From the NCBI GenBank assembly GCA_030265395.1, contig JARFYF010000050.1, positions 19,632,403 to 19,696,402 on the forward strand: a DNA stretch of 64,000 nt. The letters are read 5' to 3'. A model generated the notes under the pieces. The model saw nothing but the letters and a program-made list of their open reading frames with translations, made no database searches and was not told where the DNA came from. The position numbers and the translations under genes are program-made. The stretch is from Rhina ancylostomus (taxonomy: Eukaryota). Positions 36,226-47,840 of the stretch are shown in pieces. The stretch's first letter is position 1; each line of letters opens with the position of its first letter.

Positions 36226-37399
36226 GTAGGGAATCCAACTGAGTGTTTGTGTTTTACATCCCAAGAGAATGAAATCCATCGTTTAAGTGTATATTTCATA
36301 AACATGAAAATGCTTTCACTTTTAATAACTCAGTCTACATCCCACCAAACATTTTCTCACCCAAGGCCCTTGACTTGACTCATAAGTTGAAGGGCACACA
36401 GTCCACCTGATTTGCTGCAATAGCTTTGGTCAGCTGAGGAGATTGAAAAAGGAATTGCCTCAGAGGCTTTACCCTCATATCAACCTGGACATTTTCCCTT
36501 TGCCTTTGACTCTTAGGAGTCAAAATTGCAAGGTTGTTGCAGGTGGGAGGAGGAGGAGGTGAAGGAGGAGGTGAAGGAGGACAACAATTAAAAAGGACAG
36601 GAAGTTTAACCTTGGGGACTCCAGGTCACGTGAAACAGATCAAATAGTCTTGCCCTACTTTTCTAAGTAAGGCTTTAACTTGCAGTCTCGTTTCACTCTT
36701 GAAGATTTGCTAAACTTTGATTGTGAAGTCAGGAAAATCATAGTCACATTATTCATAAAAAGTAAATATTTCTTTTCCTTGACATTAGTGATAAGTTCAG
36801 TACTAACCCTGTAGAGACTTAAACTCTGATGTTAGTTGGTGCTGTGTCCGTACTGCTGCCAACAAGTTCTGTTCAGTTCTTACTGCTGAAGTTCAATTAA
36901 ACAAGAGCATATCCACGACAACAAATCAAAAATGAAACTGCTGGGATAGATCTGAGGATTTTCTTGCATGGAATTAGATCACAAAATGTTTAGAAGTTAA
37001 GAGTCAAGTTTGTCATTAACCTATGAAACAGCAATAGAACATCTGGCCTTTGAAATGATGTATGAAGATTGGCAAATAAACACTTTGCAAGTTTGAAGTG
37101 AACTCCTTAGTCTATTATTTTAGAAAGTTACACATCCATTAAAATACTGGTCTCAGGCATTTAACATAAATGCATGGACCATTTGCAAATTAATTTTCAC
37201 ATGCTTACTTAGAAGCTATTAGCATTGTGAACTTGTGTAATGATATACCACTTAGTGTAGTCAGATCAGTAGGAGCATTCAAAGAAAGTAATGGATAAAT
37301 TACTGATTCAGTGAGAATAAAGGTATATCAGCTTAATATACCTTGATCCATAGCAGGTAGTAACAACTATCCACATTTATCCTGAAGTGCTAGCCTCTG

Positions 37400-38010
37400 T
37401 TTAGTGGTTTTGAGCCAAATGGCTGCATATTTAATACTCATTCCAGAGATTTGAGCACGTAATCCAGACTGGCATTCCACTGGGGTAGCGAGGGAATGCT
37501 GCACTGTTGGAACTGTCTTTTGGATGAAATGTTAAAAACAAAGGCTCATCTGGCCTCCAGAGTGGATATAAAATTTCTCATGACATTACCTAATGAACAG
37601 GGGGATTCTCACTGGTTTTCTGGACAATATTTATCCCTGAACCAATATACCTAAACAGTTAATCTGGTCATTACTGTTGGTGGGAATTTGCTGTAAACCT
37701 ATTGAATGCAACAATTCAAACATTAAAAAAAATGACACAAGAGACTGCAGGTGCTGGAATCTGCAGCAACAAACAATCTGCTGGAGGAACTTGGTCCTGT
37801 TTCTGGAGGTCTGAGGCAGGATTTCAACCTGAAATTACAACAATTCCTTCTCCCCCCCCCCCCTCACAGATGCTGCTTCTGACCCACTGAGTTCTTCCAA
37901 CAGATTGTCACATTAAAAAAGTGACTGCACTTATAGGTATTTTAAGTGGTTGCAAATTATTTTGGGTCAACTTGAAGTTGTTGAAGGCAATATACGAGTG
38001 CAAGCTCATT
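37400..38010 (+). mobile_element. Deu-domain SINE (SacSINE1/AmnSINE1-like), interrupted
   Basis: TCCAGAGATTTGAGCAC...GAGGGAATGCTGCACTGTTGGA...TCTTTTGGATGAAATGTTAAA...GGACAATATTTATCCCT...ATCTGGTCATTA matches the Deu domain as I recall it; tail GAAGGCAATATACGAGTGCAAG. Confidence 0.75.
37731..37909. mobile_element. Penelope-derived foldback nested in the Deu-SINE, with target-site duplication
   Basis: GACACAAGAGACTGCAG...ACAATCTGCTGGAGGAACT / GAGTTCTTCCAACAGATTGT inverted arms; ACATTAAAAAA at 37720-37730 and 37910-37920. Confidence 0.85.
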
Positions 38011-41000
38011 CCATCTTGAGTCACATGATGAAATTGTTGTAATGACGTTTCCTCAGTTCTATACTTTGCAACTTCTATGTCTTAAAATGATACAAAAATC
38101 CTCAGGTAGCAATATAATAGACTTCACTTAAATATTCATTCCTTTATGGTATCAGGTATGCTTAGTAATTGAGGACGTAGATTGAACTGTATAGTTAAAA
38201 AAATCTGCATTGCACCAACTGCAAAAATAGAACTCCCATAAATAGGAACTTTCTGCACTAAAGGAGCTAAACACCAATGATGGAATTTTCTCCCATTCAT
38301 AGTCGACAGAAGGAAATTCTTGCCCAAAGCACATGATCAATACTACTATCCATCATATCTGTCAACATCAGGGGAGTGTTGGGATCAAGATTTATGATCA
38401 AAGTGAATGTGAACCAGCACATTCCCATTTAAACGCATGGGTCTGAATATATTTTACAAAAGATCTTTACCAAAAGAGGGAGTAATTTTTATTTAATAAG
38501 TGAATATGTTCCCTACAAGAGTTAAGGGTTGATTAGCCCACATACGTAATATTTAAATGCATAAGTTCACAACCACTTATAGAAGTGAGAAACAATATTA
38601 TCTCATCCATTGATGTGTACAATGGAAGCAGCAAGAACATGCCCAGAATTCTAATGTTCCCTCAATATCTACTGACACTTGTACTGAATGTTCACTGTGC
38701 AGCATTGACTCTGGTGTGAGGCAAGCATCCTTATCTGGTTTCCTTTCTCCCTGTAGATGTTACAGAAGCTCGAAGCCATTCAGGAGGAAGACAACTGGCC
38801 AAGGATATAGGTGACACTGAATTGGCATAATTGTGTGCACCAGGAAGTCTGTACCATTTTGAATAATTCTCAAACTGTATTTGAATAACATAAGACATAG
38901 TAAGTCCACCATGATTTTGTGAAGCATAAATATTTCCCTAAAACACTTAAGACAACAGGTCTGTGTTAGAGTGTGGACTCTACATCTTATCTCTGTGCTC
39001 AAAGGTGGAAGATTTGCCATGGGTTTAGTCGAACATAAAGCACTGTGAGTCCCTTTCACTTCTAACAATCGTGTACCACTGCAATCTTTCCAAGGGGTAT
39101 TTGGGCAAGGACCAGCACTTAATCCCTTTCTCTTGCCTGGTCTTGTTCTGGCATTACAGCAAAGTGAGTATTGGCCTTAATAAAGCCAGTCAATAGCTTT
39201 GTACGTAGAGATGTATCCTCTGGGGAGTTATTAAGGCTGCTATGTTCTCTGATTAATATATAAATTGGAAGCACTAAGGTTTGGTGGTCAACACTACCTC
39301 TGGGATTAAGAGCTGAATGAGAAGGTTGGTCGATCATTTAGCATTAATGATAATAACGCTGACAAAATTAGGAGGAAGTGCATTACCAGCATATTTGCAC
39401 TATTTAACCACTAACGCCGTGTTAGCATCTCACATTGCATGCTGTTCCTTGGCCTTGTTAGTGGAATGCTGTTTCCAATGTTCACTACTCGTTATTCATT
39501 ACTTTAAAAATACAGTGAATAATATGATGTAATCAGCACCCAATGGAAGAAATGTGCTGATCGATAGCAAGAGTCTTTAAAGTTTAATGGTGTTTGCTGT
39601 AATGGCTGTTTTATGATTACCGTGGTGAGCCATTTATGAAAAACAATCACCTTAAAGAAAGATACAGCATGGGAAGCAAACTATATGCCACTAATTTCCA
39701 TACCTTTTAACAATGAGATATTCAATTCATTAAAATTTAAATTACTAACATTTATAAACACAAACAGAATTATACACTATTCAGATTGTGTTTTCAGTGC
39801 AAGCACTTAATCCTCTGCCTTACCAGTTTAATAGTGCAAGTTGCTTGCTGACTACTGCAAGCAGACTCTGAGGAACCCTCTTCCAACTCGTTACCTGAAC
39901 ACTTAGATTTGTTGAGATGCACCATGCTATTTGCTCATGAATGACTATCTGGTTGGCAAATTTTCCAACTGCAGAGTCCAGATCTCCTATGAAAGGTATT
40001 GTATTCAAAACTAACCAGAATTCAGACTGGCATTTTATCACAACCCATTTACAACAGGAAGCTAAAAAGTTCACTACAAAATTTGTGGAGGCTTTTGTTT
40101 TATTGACAAAATAATTATATTTTAAAATAAGTATTCTCATTTTGACATTCAATTAATGCCTAGAAGACTGATGAAAGTATTATTATGTAATTAAATTGAG
40201 GAAAATATCATTTCTTAATTATATTGAAAGATTTTTCCTGCATATGAAACAGAAACACATTTGACGTTGCCACGCACACAAACATAAATGAAGCCATATA
40301 TTAAAAGCATTTGTTCAATTGATATTTAACCTTGTAAAAACAGAGTGTCAGAATTCCCAAAGGAAAGAATAAGGCTAATGATGCACACTTTCATTTATTG
40401 ACAAATGCATTGTTAAATACAGATATCCAAAAGTAGTGTTGGAATTTATGCTACTCTACCATTATCTTGATGGTAGAGGCATCTCACTGTCTGCCTTGCC
40501 ACTGAGTAGTATGAAGCTACTGGGTTTGCATGGTGGATATAAATTAAATACCATAATTTTTTCAAGTGTAAGCATCCTTTAATCAAAATATTATATGTTA
40601 ATTAATACAAAGCAAGATTTCTGAGATTGGAAATTTGCAAATGTAGGTTTCTTCAGGTTAAATTGTGTTGGAGATTTAAAATTTTTAATTTATTTTCTAT
40701 TTTTCCTTTCTGAATATGCACTGGCAAGTCTAACAAATAACAAATGCTATCAGATAGCTTGCTTTTATATTTTACAGCCAAAACTACGATGACTGAACTT
40801 AGACCAACAATGGCTGGAAAATTCAATCTTCATAAATGATATTGTGGGTTTTTGATTCAATATTTTATCAGTATGATCTTCTTGATCATGTGATTAGAAG
40901 TTGACAAAAATTGCTTCTTCAAACAGCTCAAAAGTAGGACAGGAACAGAATATTCAAAAGTAATGGTAGAAAAATTCTGCTGCATACCAGTAATAATACT

Positions 41001-42115
41001 AATACTAGTGTTCATGACAGACAGGCAACGATAGAGGAAATCCTATGCTTATTATCCTTTTGTTTAAACAATAAAGATATATTTGTAAAAAAATGTATTG
41101 GCAGAAGAGACACATCTTAATGACCAAATACAGAACAGGTTTGGTCATTGTGCCATCCAGAGAATTCGTCTGTAATATACCTGTTCTCCTTTGTTGCCTA
41201 ATGGCCCAGGATTTGCAATGAGGAATAGCAGCATTGCTAACGGCATTCACCATTACAACAGAGGAAACAGTACAGGGACTTCTGGACTACACAGAAACAC
41301 AGAAATAAATGTAGAAATCCAGAATCAGTAGCCAGTGATCACCCAGTCCTCTAGTGAGGCTGCTTTGCAGCTTTCTTCAAGGTATTCTACAGCAATCTGT
41401 GAATCGAGGAGAATTGTGTGTACTTATAGAAAAGTTTTACTGTTTTAAAAAAAACTGAATATGTTACATTTTGCTGGGTCAGATGTGACCAAGATTTTGA
41501 TAATATACTGAAACCTAATTAATAATTTACAACTTCTGGTCCTAAAATACTAATTTTGTGTGTGTGATCAGAATATCAATCCAAATTTCCACATCTAGTT
41601 AAAATAATAGTGTTTTTACTTTAACTTTTAAAGTTGGTTTTATTGTAACCTAAACTTATGCGTATGTTCCTTTTGTTGGTTTGCAAATGTTTGTTATATT
41701 GCAAAAATGATTCAAAAGATTTTGAATATTTGTTAAAAATCATACCTTTTATTTCCTATTTCAATGTCTGTGAGAATTTTTCTCCAGAGATTTCCTGAAG
41801 CTGATATTTAACAACAGTCAACATCAGGAATGGAGGAAATCCATGAGACCAAGTTTGCTAGATCTTTAAGGGTAGCTTTCTGGGAGATCATTGCCAATTG
41901 TCATCATTGCATTGCCTATTTCAAAATCTGGAGGAACACATCAATGTCAAAAAGACATTCCTCAATGATATATTTCAATGCCAGACCAAAAAGCCAATTT
42001 CCATCCTTTACAATACTGGCATCAACTCTGCCAACATGGGACCAAGATGTACAAGGCCACATTTGAGCTAGGATTTGGGAAAATCCACATAAAGGAAGCA
42101 ATAAAGTAAGAAAAA

Positions 42116-42330
42116 GATTTTGTACTTTTACAGTGTCCTTCTCATCCTCTAGGCAATCAAATGTTTTACAGCCAATTAAATGTTTTAAATGTGTTAAAAT
42201 GTGTCTTTTTGCAATTTAGGCAAACATATAACCAATTCATCTAGAGCCAAGTCCTATAAACAACAATGAGATAAATGACTATCTCTAGGGTCTGTGCTCG
42301 AGAGATAATTTTTGGTCAGAACAAAGAATG
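42116..42330 (-). mobile_element. Deu-domain SINE 3' half, decayed
   Basis: TTTTACAGCCAAT...AACCAATT...AAACAACAATGAGATAAATGAC...GAGATAATTTTTGGTCAGAAC, antisense to the 37400 family. Confidence 0.55.
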
Positions 42331-42849
42331 AGCGTTAGTGACTTTTTGATGGCATCCTTAGATATAGTGTGATTGTGACAGGTCAACATTGGGAGATTCT
42401 TGAAAGGTACATTGTAGAATCGATTTTTCTTGATTAAAAATATAGGTCATTTGAACTTTCAGAGTATTGTGGAAAAAAACCAAAAATGTTAGAAATAAAT
42501 TGTTTAAAAAGGAATGGAATAGAATAGAGCCTACAGATATTAAAAAAGTGATGTTTTAAAATATTAAAGAGATATAGTAAATGCATATAGAAACTTTACA
42601 AAGAATATTATTGTATGGTGTGCAGTTTTGAGTTGTACTCCAGTGGGAAGGATATTGAGGTAACAAAGAATGTTCTTTTGAAATTTATAAGAAACTTTGC
42701 ATTGTCTTTCTTAAACAGTGCCTTGGATGACTTGCTTGCAATCCTGGTTTTATGGATTGTGAGGCAACTAAAAAAAAACACTATGGAACTAGCAGGCCCT
42801 TCCACAGATGGAGGAGGAGATGCCTGGCAAGATGACCAGGTGGGAAGTT

Positions 42850-43135
42850 TGTAAGCTCCTTCTATTGTTTACGTTAGGCTTCTGTGTGGTCCTGATGCAT
42901 GAACTTAACGTCATCAATGTCATCGTGAAAAGTTCTCCCTTCTGAGCAATCATGGGCCAAGAATTACCACGAGTTCATGGGAATGTTACACTTTTTCAAG
43001 GAGGCTTTGAGAAAATCTTTGAATCTTTTTCCTCTCTCCATCTGATGACCTCTTCTCGTGACAGAGCTCGGAATAGATTGCCTGTTTGGGAGTCTGGTAT
43101 AGGGCATGTGAACCACATGGTTTGCACAACAGGTG
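42850..43135 (-). mobile_element. RTE (BovB-like) LINE 3' fragment
   Basis: ORF 42964-43146 HVVHMPYTRLP...KRFKDFLKASLKKCNIPMNSW. Confidence 0.85.
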
Positions 43136-43725
43136 CCATTGCGCACCTGTTACTTTGCATTGAAACTTTGCATTGTCTTTCTTTGGCTGGTACTAGTTGC
43201 CTAATAGGAAGAAATGCACTCATTCAAATATTACTTTATTACAACTGGTGGCATAAAAGGATGATTTCATTGAGGCACTTAAAATTATGAGGAATAGAGC
43301 ACAGCAGGTAAAACTACATATCATGTCTGCATGGTCAGCACAGACCTAGTGATAAGAAGGTAAAAGAAAAGTTAACCACCATAGAATAGAATGCTGTTTG
43401 GGTACAACACAGTCCAACAACATGGTTGATGTACTAAACAAAAAACTGTTCTTTTTCAGACCAATGAGGTTGTATATTTTGGGTATTACACTACTCCTGA
43501 CAAAAGTTTTGTTGTAAAAAGTGCTAGCACATACAAAACACTCACTGAAGAGTCAGGAGTTGACTTTCCCAATGGAAGTTAAGAGAAGCTGGCACAATTT
43601 TGGTCCACTCTTGTTTAAGCAATTTTCAACTGCACAGTCTCATTGCATCACGACACAGGGAATCCCAGCTCGTACTTTCCTTTGGAATTGTGTGAATGAA
43701 CTTCTAGGCCAATGTATTAGAGCAA

Positions 43726-43850
43726 TCATTGTGCTGTTCATTACTTCAAACTGCATGCCCATACTGCTCAATGTTAGTGGTTAGTGTTTAAAACAATTGT
43801 CATGCTGTTCATTACTTCAAACTACTTGTCCACACTGTACAATGTGAGCA
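43726..43850 (+). repeat. Diverged ~70-bp-period direct duplication
   Basis: TGCTGTTCATTACTTCAAACT occurs at 43732 and 43803, each followed by similar CCA(T/C)ACTG..CAATGT.AG. Confidence 0.8.
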
Positions 43851-45479
43851 TGAACTCTTACACATTTGAACTAGATGTCATAAAATAAATTCTTTTGTCT
43901 AGAAATTGGAATGTACCTTTAAATTCACTCTATGGATGCAGCGTGGAGCCCTCGCACCCAATCATGGGACCCTCCCAAAAATTAGGAAATTGGCAGAAAG
44001 GCTGGGTCAAATAATTGTTGTTTTATTTATCCTGAATCATACCTGAAAACATTAGCTCCCTGCAGGAAATGCACCTGCTGTGTCACCACCTCTATGAAGC
44101 ATGGAAAGGAAGTCAGAGCCTTAAAAGATCTTTCTCCATGGAACCTGCTGGACAATTGCAAGGAAGACTGCTATGGTGTTGGGGAACATGTCCCCAGTGC
44201 ACCTGGCTATTCTTTCCCTAACACAGTTGCCTACACAGTACGAGTCCCACACCACAAATGGCCTGACATCACTGCAAGGTATAGGCTGGTAGAGATTGCA
44301 CTGCACATCTGCACTGCAAACTAAGTAGAATGGGTATAGGGGCACCCACCAACATTGTTGGAATATTCTGAGCAATAAAACAGAAGGCAATAGGTGAATT
44401 TAACAATGGGGACCCTTTAAATCATGTCGCCCCATTGATTCACTTAGCTTTGAGTTAAAGGTCCAGGCTGTGGGCTATCCCCTTAGCAGCAATTTATCTC
44501 AGTGAATGTGAAAATGGTTGCTGGACACAGGACCATTAGTTATGGTAGTCCTAATCCTGGCCACAGATAGGATGGTGGAATAAGGAGGAAGGGAAATAGA
44601 TTGGATCTCCAAAATCTTTCCCCAACCGTTGCTGCAGTTTTGCCAGGTATCCGAAAATAACTCACCCACCAGTCTTCTGGATCAGGGAAAAGGTGTGTGA
44701 CACAGTGAAAGGTGAAACTAAGGAAGATAATGATATAACGTTCCATGATAAAAAGACACAACAGTCTTGAGCTGGATTCAGGTTTGAACCACATCAAACT
44801 GGATATAAGCCTGCAATATAGAATTACTTAAAAATTCTGGAAAGAAAAATATATCCCACTTAAACTGGAAAGGAGCTCTTTCACAGCTCAAATATTCATT
44901 GCAATATTCCTCCCACAACTTTATTAATTTTCTTTCCATCGTATTTTGCCAAATGTATCAAAAATAAATTAAGTGCGCAAACAATCTGATATCACAAACA
45001 AAATTCTTGGAAGCACTAGTGTTTGAGTACAGTTGTTTTGATCCTTCTTTCAGTATTAGAGGTGACAACACAGGCAGATTGAATATTTTATTCTCTTTGC
45101 ACCTAGCAGCTTCNNNNNNNNNNNNNNNNNNNNNNNNNNNNNNNNNNNNNNNNNNNNNNNNNNNNNNNNNNNNNNNNNNNNNNNNNNNGATTTTCAGTGC
45201 CATGCTGGAGTAAGATGCATGTTAAGCTGCAGTGTTCTGGGGAAATTTGTGCACAGGTGACATACATCAGTTCTTTAGCCATTTGTGTAAGATCCTCCAT
45301 CATTTGTGTCCTTCTTGAGTTACTGACACTGAAACCCCACTCTCAGAACAGAATTCATTAATAGAACTCTACACCTCCCACACTAGCCCATTGTGAACTC
45401 TCCATGCATTCATGTTAGCTTCACTGAGGATAATTTCTCTCCTCTTCCTTCCCTTCTTTCCATTAACTTCCGGTCATCC

Positions 45480-45740
45480 ACATCCTGTGTCCCACAAGGC
45501 AGCATTCACCTATCACCTTAGGCTGATACTTGAGGAAGCAACATCATCATTTTAAAATTTACAACACCTGTGTTTTCAAATCCTCACTGATCTCACGCCA
45601 CCTTATCTCTGCAAACTCCACCTCCCTGAAGGGTATCTGCACTTCTCCAGTTCTGGACTCTTGAACCTTCCAGAATTTAAACTCTTCACCATTCGTGGTG
45701 GGTCTTCAGCTACCAAGGCACAAACCTATACAATTCCCTT
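45480..45740 (+). mobile_element. L2 LINE 3' fragment
   Basis: HSPIT...FKI...VFKS..DLTPPYLCKL...LHFSSSGLL...FTIRGGVFSYQG...NSL, the L2 ORF2 C-terminal pattern with frameshifts. Confidence 0.7.
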
Positions 45741-46444
45741 ATCTGGTCTGGCTAATATAGGACTCCAAATCCACCAATATGGTTGATTCTTAACTCAGAG
45801 GCAATAAGGGATAGAAAACAATGCCTGTGACATCTTCTTGTTAATGTATCATTATCTTGGTAATAAATGGTCTGAAAATAACTTTAAAAACTGCTTCAGA
45901 GCTCACCTGAACGTCACATAACTGAAACTCTTGAACAATACCATAATTTCTTCTGTCAGTTTCCAGATTGTAGACAGAGTAACATCACAAGAATAATAGC
46001 TCAGATAGCACTAAGGTCTGTACTTAGCATAACTACAGATTTAACTACTGTTAATCATTCTGAAAAAGACTCTTTCATTGGTTTAAAATAGTTACCATTT
46101 TAATGGATCTGGCTTAGAAAAAAATAAAGAGTGCTCAAAATTTTAAGTAGTTTTACTTTTTTAATTATATCCCAGTCTTCCAAAAAGAATCTCAGTGATG
46201 CCACCTTGTGTGCTATAGACTATGGCTGGAGGAGTAAGCTGGTCCAGGTTGTACAGCTTCTTATAAAACCCTCATGCCTTTGTACCACTGGACAAATAAC
46301 ACTGAATGTACATTTCTGGTGTCATTCATAATCTTGAGAGCTTGGGGGAATAACACCTCTTAGATATTTATTCACTGAAGTTGGATGCCTCTGCCAGTAT
46401 CATTTATCATCTAACCCTAATACCCCTTGAACTAACAAAGATGA

Positions 46445-47240
46445 TAGATTCATTGATTCAGAGTTATACAGCATGGAAAGAGGCTCTTCAGCCAAACTCT
46501 TCCACGTCGACCAAGGTGCCTATTTACATTAATCCCATTTGCATGCATTTGGCCCATATCCCTCGAAACCCTTCCTATCCATGAACCTGTCCGAATGTCT
46601 TTTAAGCATTGTAATTATACCCATCTCTACCATCTCCTCTGGGAACCTGTTCAATACACCCACCACCCTCTGTGTGGAAAACCTACCCCTCAGCTCCTCT
46701 TTAGGGGGAGGCACAGTAGCGTAGTGGTTAGCAGGACGCTATTACAGCGCCAGTGATNNNNNNNNNNNNNNNNNNNNNNNNNNNNNNNNNNNNNNNNNNN
46801 NNNNNNNNNNNNNNNNNNNNNNNNNNNNNNNNNNNNNNNNNNNNNNNNNNNNNNNNNAGTTTGTACGTTCTCCCGTGTCTGCGTGGGTTTCCTTCGGGTG
46901 CTCCGATTTCCTCCCACATTCTAAAGACATACGGGTAGGTTAATTAGGGGGTTTAAAATGGGCGGTGCGGACTCGTTGGGCCGGAAGGGCCTGTTACCAC
47001 GCTGTAAATAAAATCTTAAATTTTATTTTAAAATCTTTCCAGTCTCACCTTAAACTTATGCCCTCTAGTTTTAGAATCCCCTACCCTGGTGAGAACACTA
47101 TGCCTATCTACTGTATTGATGCCCCACATAATTTCATAAGTTTCTACAAGGTCACTATTCAGCCTGCTTCACTCCAGGAAAAATAGTCCTACCTATCCAG
47201 TCTCACCCTAGAAGTCAAGTTTTCCAGTCCAGGTACATGC
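46445..47240 (-). mobile_element. CR1 3' end interrupted by a V-SINE
   Basis: ORF 46529-46714 LRGRFSTQRVVGVLNRFPEEMVE...GYGPNACKWD; CR1 resumes at ~47030 (TTTAAATCTTTCC...CTCACCTTAAACTTATGCCCTCTAG). Confidence 0.85.
46704..47015 (+). mobile_element. V-SINE (HE1-like), CR1-type tail; contains an assembly gap
   Basis: A-box TAGCGTAGTGG (46717-46727); V-domain AGTTTGTACGTTCTCCCGTGTCTGCGTGGGTTTCC...TTTCCTCCCACA; tail GGGCCGGAAGGGCCTGTTACCACGCTGTAAATAAAAT; CpG-rich, so probably young. Confidence 0.92.
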
Positions 47241-47519
47241 TCAAGATGTGTTCAACCTCAATGCCTTTGATATAGGCTTGCATGTGGGGCTTACAATTGG
47301 CAAAATGTGTGCCACTGAAATCCCAGGGATGTGCAAGTGAATGATCATTTCCTTTTTTTGCTTTGTGTTCTTTTTTCTGTCTCCCCTTTCCTTCATTTTC
47401 ACTGATCACTTTGCTTTCAGATTAGCAAAGTATTTCTCTCTCTGGATGCTCGNNNNNNNNNNNNNNNNNNNNNNNNNNNNNNNNNNNNTGTTTAAAGCAG
47501 TAGTTAACCATGAACATCC

Positions 47520-47840
47520 TGGATAAGAGAACGATCCTGGACAGAGAGAAGAGACTCCCTTACCCTGGTAAAGAAAACTGTGGTTATCTACTCTATGTCC
47601 ATCAAGTGCAATTCAAACAACATTTTGTACAACTGTAACATGACATTTCAACTCCTGTACTCAATGGTCTTGAATAGATTGCTGGAAAACAGATTCAGTT
47701 TTCAAAGATGAATTGGACAAACACCTGAAGAGAAGAAATTGCAGGGCTATGGGGGAAGGGAAAAAAGAATAAGACTAATCGGATTGCTCCACAGAGTCCA
47801 CTTGGCTCAATATCCTATCTAGCAGTTCTGTGTAATAGGA
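47520..47840. mobile_element. Short CR1 fragments in both orientations
   Basis: ACTCCCCTTACCCTGGTAAAGAAAACTG and CAACTCCTGTACTCAATG (minus); TTCAAAGATGAATTGGACAAACACCTGAAG...GCAGGGCTATGGGG (plus). Confidence 0.6.

Noticed and set aside
44094-44390. Overlapping 76-aa and 89-aa ORFs in moderately GC-rich sequence
   Set aside because: No recognisable motif or splice context; probably an unrecognised TE remnant or chance.
46704-46757. tRNA gene (A-box present)
   Set aside because: It is the tRNA-derived head of a V-SINE, followed by the V-domain and a LINE tail.
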